Positions 41,801 to 51,502 of a stretch of DNA of 64,000 nt are shown here, piece by piece (within the stretch, counting starts at the first letter, position 1; each line of letters starts with the position of its first letter). Both the position numbers and the translations under genes were made by a program. The DNA is taken from positions 16,556,001 through 16,620,000 of the forward strand of contig OZ249436.1 in assembly GCA_965235115.1 (NCBI GenBank), given 5' to 3'. This DNA comes from Laetmonice hystrix (taxonomy: Eukaryota). The notes under the pieces were generated by a model. That model was not told the DNA's origin. It saw only the letters and a program-made list of their open reading frames with translations, and searched no databases.

Positions 41801-44024
41801 TCTTCACAACGTTTCGTCAAACGTTTAAATGCCGTTCCCGAGAGTCCACACATTTGCGTTTTCAAAACGTTTTACCCCGAGGTTATTAAAAGCGATTAAC
41901 GTAAGGTTTTTCAAACGTTTTGCAAAACGTTGCATGTATCAATTTGAAGATGTTAATAAAACGTTCTTCACAACGTTTCGTCAAACGTTTAAATGCCGTT
42001 CCCGAGAGTCCACACATTTGCGTTTTCAAAACGTTTTACCCCGAGGTTATTAAAAGCGATTAACGTAAGGTTTTTCAAACGTTTTGCAAAACGTTACATG
42101 TATCAATTTGAAGATGTTAATAAAACGTTCTTCACAACGTTTCGTCAAACGTTTAAATGCCGTTCCCGAGAGTCCACACATTTGCGTTTTCAAAACGCTC
42201 CAACACGACGTTTCCCAGACTAAATGCTAACGTTTTTAAAACGTGTTTAAAACGGTGGATTGTTTGCTGGGCTATGATGTCCACCTGTAAACATTCGTTC
42301 ACTCACTCATTCACTCACATATGATGTCCACCCGTAAATACTCGTGTACTCACTCATTCATTCACTTATGATGTCCACCCGTAAACATTCGTTCACTCAC
42401 TCATTCACTCACCTATGATGTCCACCCGTAAACACTCGTTCACTCACTCATTCACTCACCTATGATGTCCACCTGTAAACACTCGTTTACTCACTCATTC
42501 ATTCACTTATGATGTCCACCCGTAAACATTCGTTCACTCACTCATTCACTCACCTATGATGTCCACCCAAACTATTCAGCCCGTCCCAAAAGCTCACCGG
42601 AATGGCGAGATCTCGCGTTACGTGATCAGCAGCTGTTGTCATGACGACGGGTGCACTGCGTGTAACACCACACTCAGCCCTCCTGACAGCACCCGGGCGA
42701 AAGTGACGCTGGAGCAGAACCGGAAGTACGCGTTGTATGTGGAGGCGGAGACGCGCGCAGGCAGGAACCAGACGCTGACCCCGACACCGGTCTGGGTCGG
42801 CACAGACGTTGCCGGTAGGTGTCCGACCAGTTGTCAACTAACCGTCATCAGGGGCGCATCCAGGATTTTTCTTCGGGGGGGGGGGGGGGGTCACAGGTGC
42901 ATGGGTGGATGAATGGATCCATAGGCCTATATAGCTACCTGAAATGGGCAAGGGTCACTCAGTATGGGGGACCAGAACCCTGCTTTTGAAAAATTGTGGG
43001 GGGGGGGGGGGGGGGGGCACAGCCAAATCCGCCACTGGTCATTCTGCCCTCATACCAACAGTTCTGAACATACCGTCATTCTGCCTTCACCCCAATAGTT
43101 GTAAACCATCATTCTGCCCCAATCCATTCCTACCGGTTAATTGTGAACTAACCGTCATTCTGCCCTCATCCCACCAGTTGTGAACTAACCGTCATTCTGC
43201 CCTCATCCCACCAGTTGTGAACTAACCGTCATTCTACCCTCACCCCACCAGTTGTCAACTAACCGTCACTCTGCCCATACCAACAGTTCTGAACATACCG
43301 TCACTCTGCCCATACCAACAGTTCTGAACATACCGTCATTCTGCCCAATCCTGCCAGTTAATTGTGAACTAATCGTCATTCTGCCCTCATCCCACCAGTT
43401 GTGAACTAATCGTCATTCTGCCCTCATCCCACCAGTTGTGAACTAACTGTCTCTGCCCTCATCCCACCAGTTGTGAACTAACCGTCATTCTACCCTCACC
43501 CCACCAGTTGTCAACTAACCGTCACTCTGCCCATACCAACAGTTCTGAACATACCGTCACTCTGCCCATACCAACAGTTCTGAACATACCGTCATTCTGC
43601 CCAATCCTGCCAGTTAATTGTGAACTAATCGTCATTCTGCCCTCATCCCACCAGTTGTGAACTAATCGTCATTCTGCCCTCATCCCACCAGTTGTGAACT
43701 AACTGTCTCTGCCCTCATCCCACCAGTTGTGAACTAACCGTCATTCTGCCCTCATCCCATCAGTTCTCGAGCCAGCACACAACGTAACGGCTATGACATT
43801 CGGAGTCGGCGGCAACTCCATCGTGACGATGTCATGGAGATGGGGCTCCAGAAGTGATTACACGATCTACTGGAGCTGTTCGGGAGCGAACCCGAGACAG
43901 GTTATTATTAAACTTCCTAATCGTGCACCCGACTACCGGTCTACCGGTAAAATAATTATAATTCAGCCAACATTGAACGAATAGCTCTCTAACACATTCT
44001 CTCTCATTCTCTCTCTCATTCTCT

Positions 44025-44072
<48 letters not shown>

Positions 44073-47000
44073 TTCTCTCTGTGCCTCTCTCATTCTCTCT
44101 CCGTGTTTCCAGCAGTATGTTTATGCCATGTTTCCAGCAGTCTTTCGGCCATATTTTGAACAGTCTATTTGTGCCATGTTTCCAGCAGTCTATTTGTGCC
44201 ATGTTTCCAGCAGTCTGTTTGTGTCATGTTTCCAGCAGCATGTTTGTGCCATGTTTCCAGCAGTCTGTCTGTGCCATATTTCCAGCAGTCTGTTTGTGCC
44301 ATGTTTCCAGCAATCTGTTTGTGTCATGTTTCCAGCAGTCTGTTTGTGCCATGTTTCTGTTTGTGCCATGTTTCCAGCAGTCTGTTTGTGCCATGTTTCT
44401 AGCAGTCTGTTGTGTCATGTTTCCAGCAGTCTGTTTGTGCCATGTTTCTGTTTGTGCCATGTTTCCAGCAGTCTGTTTGCGCCGTGTTTTGAGCTGTCTG
44501 TTTGTGCCATGATTCCAGCAAACTGAGGTCCGTTGGCTCCCTCACGTCACGCCTCCTATTAACCTCACTCTACACGACATAAGGCTTCGCCAATGTCGTT
44601 TTGGGGTTTCCCGCCAGGCGGCCGACCTTAGCAGTGGCATAGTTTGGACATGCCTGCTCTCTCAGGCAGCAGGTAGAATTATAGATATCGTGCGGTCGTG
44701 GGGGCCGGGGGAATTCCCCCTATAATTATTTACTTTGACATTTTGGCCTCTAAAGAGAGATTGTCAGTATTGGTATTAAAATAGTATATATTTTTGACCT
44801 TTGTCATTTCCACCGTCATCTCAGTGTGACCCTGTTCACCCTCTCTTGACAGCACCGCCATCACCAGGCCTGAAACTGCTGAAAGAGGGCAACACCTACG
44901 TGGACGTTGAGATAAGCCGACCTCAGCCGTGCCGAGATCACCACAGCCACATCAGTTCATACCGCTTGATGGTTCGACGGATTGAGGGTCACGATGGCGG
45001 ACACATAGGTCAGGCATTAACATGCGAACCTGGCAGGTCAGGCATTAACCTCTCAAACATCCTAAGAGGAGAACCTGGCAGTTCAGGCATTAACCTCTCA
45101 AACATCCGAACATGAGAACCTGGTAGTTCAGGCATTAACCTCTCAAACATCCTAACATGAGAACCTGGCAGGTCAGGCATTAACCTCTCAAACATCCTAA
45201 CATGAGAACCTGGCAGGTCAGGCATTAGCCTCTCAAACATCCTAACAGGAGAACCTGGCAGGTCAGGCATTAACCTCTCAAACATCCTAACAGGAGAACC
45301 TGGCAGTTCAGGCATTAACCTCTCAAACATCCTAACATGAGAACCTGGCAGGTCAGGCATTAACCTCTCAAACATCCTAACATGAGAACCTGGCAGGTCA
45401 GGCATTAACCTCTCAAACATCCTAACATGAGAACCTGGCAGGTCAGGCATTAACCTCTCAAACATCCTAACATGAGAACCTGGCAGTTCAGGCATTATAA
45501 CCTCTCAAACATCCTAATAGGAGAATCTAACAGGTCAGGCATTAACCTCTCAAACGTCTTAATGTGCAGTGGACGAGACGGGCACTGAAAGCCCTTGAAA
45601 TGAAGGCACTAATTATGTAGGTTCGTGTTTTGCTGCAGGGTAATTAACGTCAACACTTGTTACGGAGACCCCGGAGATTATATTCCTCCAGGGCAGTTGT
45701 TATTTTGCGTTTTCTGTCCCGTTCGTAGACCTGATACAGGAGGAGGTGCCCGTTCGATACTCCTCCATGGTGGTGACCGTTCCCAGCCTACAGGAGGATA
45801 CGACGTACACCCTGTCAGTTTGCAGTGAGACGCGAGGTGGCGCCACCTCCCCACCGGCCACCATTACCGTAACAACCAAACGCTCGAGTGGGTACCTACC
45901 TTGTCTCCTGATCAACCTCAATCTGGCATGTTGTCGGCATTTTTTTTATTTCCATATTACTTCTCAGCTAAAACTCTTTATTATGTTCGGGCATATAAAT
46001 GTATACATTGCATTATATAGTATGTCTACTGCAGAAATGTGGATCGCGGCTGTTGTGATTCCGCTGGGACTGCTTGCGATGATACCGCTGGTTCAGGGAC
46101 TATTGTTTACATTCAGGTAAAATCACCTGTCACTGTGGACCGCTGGTTCAGTGACTGTTGTTTACATTCAGGTAAAACCACCTGTCACTGTGGACCGCTG
46201 GTTGTTTACATTCAGGTAAAACCACCTGTCACTGTGGACCGCTGGTTGTTTACATTCAGGTAAAACCACCTGTCACTGTGGACAGCTGGTTGTTTACATT
46301 CAGGTAAAACCACCTGTCACTGTGGACCGCTGGTTCAGTGACTGTTGTTTACATTCAGGTAAAACCACCTGTCACTGTGGACCGCTGGTTCAGTGACTGT
46401 TGTTTACATTCAGGTAAACCACCTGTCACTGTGGACCGCTGGTTCATTGACTGTTGTTTACATTGAGGTAAAACCACCTGTCACTGTGGACCGCTGGTTC
46501 AGTGACTGTTGTTTACATTCAGGGAAAACCACCTGTCACTGTGGACCGCTGGTTCAGTGACTGTTGTTTACATTCAGGGAAAACCACCTGTCACTGTGGA
46601 CCGCTGGTTCAGTGACTGTTGTTTACATTCAGGTAAAACCACCTGTCACTGTGGACCGCTGAATGAATTTCAATCTGAAGTGGGATGGAACATCGATGTT
46701 GCACTTCTTGAGTTGGCAGAAAATTTTTTCAGCTTTTACATTACAGATATTTACGGGAACGATGTATAAAGGTCTTCGACAAAGATGTTGTAATCAAACG
46801 ACCTCAAAAGGTGGGTTTTATTTAATGAACAAATTCTTACGGTACACGTATTATACTCTTGAGGATGGAATGTTGGCTCAAATATTTGTACAGTATTCCA
46901 TTAGTATATTGCAACAGACAGAAGGGAGAATATTGCCAGTTCGTGGGAATTCAAATATGTTGTTCATATGTTGCCATGTGAATTAATCAAATCATCTTTT

Positions 47001-49466
47001 GAAGGAAGTGTTTGTGGAACTTCAAGATTCCGACTCAGACAACGATATTCAGGTAAGTTTGTTCCTTTGCCAGTCAAGTTTATCAGTAAAATATAGTTCA
47101 TACTCGTGCAAAATAGACTAATATGGGCATGAAAAAACATCTTCTATTCATTCATCTAGGTATACTCACTTAAGTGATGCAATAATTTAATTGCAAAAAG
47201 ACGACATTAGCCTACACTTTGTTCCATTGTAATTCTGTACGCTATTTAAGGTGCAGTAAATGCCTTGATTGTTGTTTGTCTCAGGAATGTGCCAAAACTC
47301 TCGTTACTCAAGTTATGGCCCTTGTTCTCGGAAAGATGGTTCTGACCGCCGATTATTAGTCGCACGATTTTCAGAATGTTGATTCCTACCTACGTGTTGT
47401 ACCCGTGCAAGTATCTTAACCGATTACTATGTTCACAGGAATCGTCAACCGAGGGCGGCGACCATGGGTCCCCGATCCCTAGCCAGGACCTAACTAAGGG
47501 CGGCGACCATAGGCCCCTCCCTAACCAGGACCTAACTGAGGTCGGCGACCATAGGCCCATCCCTAACCAGGACCTAACTGAGGGCGGCGACCATAGGCCC
47601 ATCCCTAACCAGGACCTAACTGAGGGCGGCGACCATGGGTCCCCGATCCCTAGCCAGGACCTAACTGAGGGCGGCGACCATAGGCCCATCCCTAACCAGG
47701 ACCTAACTGAGAGCGGCGACCATGGGTCCCCGATCCCTAGCCAGGACCTAACTGAGGGCGGCGACCATAGGCCCCTCCCTAACCAGGACCTAACTGAGGG
47801 CGGCGACCATGGGTCCCCGATCCCTAGCCAGGACCTAACTGAGGGCGGCGACCATAGGCCCCTCCCTAACCAGGACCTAACTGAGGGCGGCGACCATGGG
47901 TCCCCGATCCCTAGCCAGGACCTAACTGAGGGCGGCGACCATGGGTCCCCGATCCCTAGCCAGGACCTAACTGAGGGCGGCGACCATAGGCCTCTCCCTA
48001 ACCAGGACCTAATTAAGGGGGGCGACCATAGGCCCCTCCCTAACCAGGACCTAACTGAGAGTGGAGACTATGGGCCCCTCCCTAACCAGGATCCTCCTCT
48101 AAAGAACCAAGCGCCAGGAGTTTACACTCGCCCATCCACACTACAATTGCCGCCTCCCGACTCCAAGCGGAAACAACGCAGGGACAAGGATGCACGGCGC
48201 GTTACCCCTGTCATTGGCCAGTTTGTGATCTGTTCGCCGACGTCGCCATGTCCACTGGGGTCCGGCCGAGGTCCTGCTACTGGGATCCCCGCGCCAGACC
48301 GCCGTGGTCGAGGCCACCCACTCCAGGACGGGGACGGTTCCTCGAGCGGGGGGTACGCCGCGTGCGCAGTAGATCTAGGCCCTCTAGCGGACGATGGAAC
48401 GGACAGCACCATGGAGACGGACGACGATACGGACGACCGTGAAGGGACGGCAAACTGGTTTAAACCGGGCCGAATAGACACGGATAGCGAGGCTGGCCTC
48501 ACCAGTTCACACGACTGGAACGGTTCCTCGAGCAGGGGGTACGCCGCGTGCGCAGTAGATCTAAGCCCTCTAGCGGACGATGGAACGGGCCGAACAGACA
48601 CGGATAGCGAGGCTAGCCTCATCAGTTCACGGTTGGAGGACGTGCAGGATAGAGTAAGCCTAAATGGTGGACAGGACGCCGAGGACACGTCTTACACCAA
48701 CCCTTGGTTCTCAAATATACCGGACGGAACTGAAGCCCATGCACTCCTTCCAGTAGTCTGCGTCTTTTCCCATGACCCATCATGTGAGGGCCAATTTCTG
48801 TTAAACGCCAGGGCCAATGATGACGTCAGGGCTGGTGGTGACTTTCGCGCCGAACACCTCTTGCATCCCTCGTCACAGGGTGATGTCAGCGTTTCCCCGG
48901 TTGACGTTATTGGAAACGTGTGTGAAGAAGACAATTACAGCTGTTACCATGGCGACACGTGTACCGGAAGTGAAAATAGTTCCGGGAGTGAGAGATACAG
49001 CGCTTGGTGTGATCATGCACCCGTCAGCGAGGGACACCGCATTCAGACAGCCAGTGATCTCAACCCCACGGCCAGTGACCTCAACCCCACGGCTTGTGAC
49101 CTCACCCGCACGGCCTATGACCTCAGTCCCATGGCCAGTGACCCCATCCCCACGGCCTGTGACCTCACTCCCACGGCCTGTGACCTCAACCCCACGGCCA
49201 GTAACCTCCCTCCCATGGCCAGTGACCTCACTCCCACGGTCTGTAACCTCATTCCCACGGACTGTGACCTCACTCCCACGGCCTGTGACCTCACTCACAC
49301 GGCCTGTGACCTCATTCATACAGCCAGTGACCTCTTCGCAGGAGGGGACGGAAATGATGACATAGGTAGGAGGCACGAGTTACAGAGTCTAAGCGTTTCA
49401 GAGTTTTCCACTTCGGACTCAGACTCTGACGATGCAGGCTATAGCGCTGCCAGTGCCCTCATATAA
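15351..49466 (+). CDS. Class I cytokine receptor, gp130/Domeless-like, ~1375 aa, 17 coding exons
   Basis: Phase-consistent GT-AG exons: 15351-15426 (MVTAAFLFITLFPLATS signal peptide; in-frame ATG also at 15303), 16793-16813, 17438-17683 (Ig-like, LATC..YVRLLNESAA..LSC..LHFG), 18011-18140, 19673-19893 (ITIVSDNTLG), 19977-20113, 20544(or 20493)-20685 (LQPG..IRCR..GHWSP), 23216-23307 (PGGFE..RDVTLYWR), 42580-42814 (PVPKAHRNGEISRYVI), 43764-43900, 44519-44672 (SSGIVWTC), 44853-45008, 45729-45887, 46035-46116 (TM WIAAVVIPLGLLAMIPLVQGLLFTF), 46747-46810, 47005-47052, 47439-49466. Sum 4128 nt, open frame. Two or three boundaries have in-frame alternatives. Confidence 0.85.
17710..17830. repeat. (GA)n/(GAAA)n microsatellite
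   Basis: Direct inspection. Confidence 0.95.
18163..18770. repeat. Intronic minisatellite, 39/33-bp units with donor-like cag|gtgagg
   Basis: ggacagtcaggccatcaggtgagggggaccaagggacag; starts ~20 bp after the 18140 donor. Confidence 0.9.
20093..20327. repeat. Exon-intron junction minisatellite, 45/47-bp unit
   Basis: acggccgacgggtcaacccaa|gtaggtgggaccagtgggagggg x5; first copy is the real donor. Confidence 0.9.
23510..23810. mobile_element. MITE with long TIRs and 9-10 bp TSD (Mutator-like)
   Basis: GGTTAGCACTC..GGGGACGCGAAAGTTCCGTTGTAACGGGTAT inverted at the right end; CATGGACATC at 23500-23509 and 23811-23820. Confidence 0.8.
23860..24286. mobile_element. Non-autonomous CAGGCGCG element, 5-bp TSD
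   Basis: caggcgcg ... cgcgcctg flanked by CCTAT on both sides, inside the cactcacctatgatg minisatellite. Confidence 0.7.
24287..24614. repeat. Intronic minisatellite, 41-47-bp unit, left part (continues at 42272-42568)
   Basis: tgatgtccacccgtaaacattcgttcactcactcattcactcaccta; split by the transposon. Confidence 0.9.
24615..26015. repeat. Left subterminal repeat region of the transposon
   Basis: Dense AAACGTT motifs; ~361-bp tandem duplication (e.g. 25322 vs 25683). Confidence 0.75.
26135..26355. mobile_element. Harbinger/PIF-like MITE nested in the EnSpm element
   Basis: ~55-bp TIR GGGCGGGTTGCACTAACGGTC..GGACTGAATTTAGGACCAGTCCTAC; 3-bp CAG duplication. Confidence 0.8.
29847..29971. mobile_element. 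Palindromic MITE-like element of GTCCGACAGCCC subrepeats
   Basis: ttagtccgacag..cccattgtcagactagtgggctgtcggactattg mirrored by caatagtccgacagcccactagtctgacaatgggctgtcggactaa; related fragment near 30750-30830. Confidence 0.5.
30329..30601. mobile_element. Non-autonomous CAGGGGC(A/G)GATCC element, 5-bp TSD
   Basis: caggggcagatccag ... ctggatccgccagtg flanked by CCTGT on both sides. Confidence 0.7.
31243..33663 (+). CDS. EnSpm/CMC-type DDE transposase, 678 aa, 2 exons
   Basis: Exons 31243-32486 and 32871-33663 join in phase 2 (QRLLN-LQHCIP). Motifs FNIDGVPIFKS..LWPIL, CDAPAKA, GYYGCDKC, DYMHQVCLG, FARKPR..WKATEYRQFLLYTG, VYNVHSLLH, FPFENY typical of animal EnSpm-like transposases; no stops or frameshifts. 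Confidence 0.9.
34099..40571 (+). CDS. Transposon accessory (TnpA-like) protein with C-terminal DUF4806-like domain, ~379 aa, 12 exons
   Basis: Phase-consistent exons 34099-34200 (YIIVEF..VAIAHRNW), 34398-34509, 34998-35138, 36643-36696, 37182-37238, 37536-37589, 37760-37801, 38205-38258, 38606-38799, 39033-39192 (IGG..VRRILRRLGT..YNLKGRKNKTAF), 39540-39646 (LKNAPHQRGG), 40509-40571; 1140 nt. AATAAA at 40951. DUF4806 assignment from remembered motif. Confidence 0.75.
35942..36395. mobile_element. Non-autonomous hAT-like element, 15-bp TIR, 6-bp TSD
   Basis: CAGAGATGCCAACAT ... ATGTTGGCATCTCTG; CTGTGG at 35936-35941 and 36396-36401; lies in an intron of the accessory gene. Confidence 0.8.
40618..41349. 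repeat. ~372-bp tandem duplication in the accessory gene 3' UTR
   Basis: 40618-40989 repeated from 40990; second copy lacks the segment holding AATAAA. Confidence 0.85.
41310..42271. repeat. Right subterminal repeat region of the transposon
   Basis: AAACGTT motifs; 164-bp unit in ~3.7 near-identical copies at ~41585-42197. Confidence 0.8.
42849..43037. mobile_element. Non-autonomous CAGGGGCG element, 5-bp TSD
   Basis: caggggcgcatcc ... atccgccactg flanked by GTCAT on both sides, inside the 37-bp minisatellite unit. Confidence 0.7.
43038..43763. repeat. Acceptor-containing minisatellite, ~37-bp unit
   Basis: gttgtgaactaaccgtcattctgccctcatcccacca; last copy is the real acceptor. Confidence 0.9.
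44100..44520. repeat. Acceptor-containing minisatellite, 25-bp unit
   Basis: gtgccatgtttccagcagtctgttt; last copy (gtgccatgattccag|ca) is the real acceptor. Confidence 0.9.
45007..45560. repeat. Donor-containing minisatellite, 45-bp unit
   Basis: ag|gtcaggcattaacctctcaaacatcctaacatgagaacctggc; begins at the real donor. Confidence 0.9.
46085..46661. repeat. TM-exon junction minisatellite, 55/44-bp unit
   Basis: ccgctggttcagtgactgttgtttacattcag|gtaaaaccacctgtcactgtgga, 11 copies. Confidence 0.9.
47439..49466 (+). CDS. Terminal exon of the cytokine receptor (low-complexity cytoplasmic tail)
   Basis: Acceptor ttcacag at 47438, phase 0 matches the 47005-47052 exon; open to TAA at 49466 (part of the 696-aa ORF in the track). 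Confidence 0.75.
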   Translation, partial: ESSTEGGDHGSPIPSQDLTKGGDHRPLPNQDLTEVGDHRPIPNQDLTEGGDHRPIPNQDLTEGGDHGSPIPSQDLTEGGDHRPIPNQDLTESGDHGSPIPSQDLTEGGDHRPLPNQDLTEGGDHGSPIPSQDLTEGGDHRPLPNQDLTEGGDHGSPIPSQDLTEGGDHGSPIPSQDLTEGGDHRPLPNQDLIKGGDHRPLPNQDLTESGDYGPLPNQDPPLKNQAPGVYTRPSTLQLPPPDSKRKQRRDKDARRVTPVIGQFVICSPTSPCPLGSGRGPATGIPAPDRRGRGHPLQDGDGSSSGGYAACAVDLGPLADDGTDSTMETDDDTDDREGTANWFKPGRIDTDSEAGLTSSHDWNGSSSRGYAACAVDLSPLADDGTGRTDTDSEASLISSRLEDVQDRVSLNGGQDAEDTSYTNPWFSNIPDGTEAHALLPVVCVFSHDPSCEGQFLLNARANDDVRAGGDFRAEHLLHPSSQGDVSVSPVDVIGNVCEEDNYSCYHGDTCTGSENSSGSERYSAWCDHAPVSEGHRIQTASDLNPTASDLNPTACDLTRTAYDLSPMASDPIPTACDLTPTACDLNPTASNLPPMASDLTPTVCNLIPTDCDLTPTACDLTHTACDLIHTASDLFAGGDGNDDIGRRHELQSLSVSEFSTSDSDSDDAGYSAASALI

Positions 49467-49745
49467 CGAGAGCACGCCAAGAGGGAAGTCTTTTAACAAT
49501 ACCGCTGTCGGATACACGTTGGGCAGTATATATTGCTGTCTGATACACAGTGGGCACCAGATAGGCCTATACAGCTCTCGGACCCGCACAGTGATACGCA
49601 GTGGGCAGTAGATATTGCTGTCGGATACACAGTGGGCAGTAGAACACTGCATGCTGTCTGATACACAGTGGGCAGTATCTATACTGCTGTTGGATACGCA
49701 GTGGGCATTAGATACTGCTATCGCTCTTTAAGGTGTTGGCTATTA

Positions 49746-49992
49746 AAGAGGTCTAAGGTGTTGGCTCATGACACCTAGGACCATCGCCTCACACAACTGT
49801 GGTCCGGGTTCGATCCCCGGCCAGGGCTGCATACATGTGTGAAAGTAGTCAGTTCCTTCCCGAAGGCCGGTGGTTTCCTCCGGGTACTCCGGTTTCCTCC
49901 GCCAAGAAAAACTGACTTTTATCATCATCTTCACCGCCGTGATATGACCCTGGCTGTCGCAAGGCGTAAAACCCCAAACACCCACCCACCCT
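49746..49992 (+). mobile_element. tRNA-derived SINE with V-domain-like core
   Basis: B box GGTTCGATCCC, core GGTTTCCTCCGGGTACTCCGGTTTCCTCC, tail GGCGTAAAACC plus (CACC)n; a similar tail occurs near 37400-37460. Confidence 0.7.
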
Positions 49993-51209
49993 CAACAAAT
50001 TGTGGATCCATAGTTAGCCTATAGTCTCTGTGAAGGTACGATTTATTAGCGCCCCCTATTGGTGAGATTTCCTGCCGCAAGATGGCAGTGCGGTCTGGGA
50101 ATCCGGCGGCCCAGCATCATGTCCCCGTCCCAGTATTCTTGCTGAAACTACTGAAAGTGCGTTTGTTGGCACAACTATGGGAGTTCAACTCTACTTGAAT
50201 CTAGGGATATCTTTAACATTATTATCTGGCATCTGCTTATATCGTTTGAAATTTGAAATGGGTTGTCGCCTTTGACTCCATGTGACACGAACACACAAAG
50301 ATCGATATAGGGCAAACCCAGCGGACGGGTGTTAGCTATTACATTTGTATAGTGGTTAGCTATGCTCATTCTATCTGCCAGTGCCATTCAGGGGGGTGCC
50401 ATACGGTGGTCCGTAACGTGTGTTACATAGTACGGACTGATTTGATTGTACGTTTCAGGGTGAAGCGACGTTAACTATGGGCCCTAAAAAAGCAAAAACA
50501 CGTACATTATTATAAATTACAGGTATGTCCCGTAGTTGGCGTATAAGTTGGAGACTACAATCTTAGTTTTTCCGAAATCCGGTGCTTCAATATGCTCTCG
50601 CGGTAGGAATAATAAATAAATTCACATGGAAATTGTTGCAATAGAAATTAGACATACATGTATTTGGCTTTTGTTCAGTATGAAATTTAATAACAAGATT
50701 CGACGATTATTTTTTCGTACGACTATTTGAAAACACCAATAACGTATTTAAACCCTTGAAAATCTGTGACCTTTCTACCTGGCAGCACTTGCCACGCACA
50801 TACAAGTACACCCTCATCCCGTTACGTGTTTGGGTTTCTGTAACAGCATCCTGAGCTTGCGTACTATATTCAGAACAAGCTAGTGTTTGAACAAATTACC
50901 GGTAGGCCGACCTCCGGAAGCCGTACTCTTCTATGGTTAGGCCTATGCAGTCGGCGGATCCAAGGGGGGGGGGGGGGCTATGGGGCTCCAGCCCCCTAAC
51001 TCCTGGACGAGGACGTACGGGTGCATACGGACGTACGGATGCATACGTTGGCCTACGTACGGACGAAGGGTAAATTAGAAGCCCCCTTCGTGTTGGGGGC
51101 TAAAAAAACACAGTGAGTCTAACACAAGACCAACTTCTTGATCCCATTTATTGACATTACACAAACAGAAAATAATCCTTATGTTTGTCTGAAGTCGTTG
51201 GTCTGTGTC

Positions 51210-51502
51210 CCTACACAGTTTGGCCCACGGCCAGGTCCGGCGCTCCCCACACAGTTCGGCCCACGGCCAGGTCCGCCCTCCCCACACAGTTCGGCCCACG
51301 GCCAGGTCCGCCCTCCCCACACAGTTCGGCCCACGGCCAGGTCTGGTCCTCCCCACACAGTTCGGCCCACGGCCAGGTCTGGCCCTCCCCACACAGTTCG
51401 GCCCACTGCCAGGTCCGGCCCTCCCCACACAGTTCGGCCCACGGCCAGGTCCGGCGCTCCCCACACAGTTCGGCCCACGGCCAGGTCTGGTCCTCCCCAC
51501 AG
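51210..51502. repeat. Minisatellite, 34/39-bp unit
   Basis: ccccacacagttcggcccacggccaggtc. Confidence 0.9.

Larger units (their letters stand above)
24615..42271 (+). mobile_element. Autonomous-looking EnSpm/CACTA (CMC superfamily) DNA transposon, 17,657 bp
   Basis: Left end CCCAGTAAACA, right end TGTTTGCTGGG (11-bp TIR, 1 mismatch); CT duplicated at 24613-24614 and 42272-42273; the same minisatellite continues on both sides and removing the element restores its unit (cactcacctatgatg); AACGTT-rich subterminal arrays; contains transposase and accessory gene. Confidence 0.9.

Noticed and set aside
41592..42223. Repeated 74-aa ORFs
   Set aside because: Translations of the 164-bp subterminal repeat.
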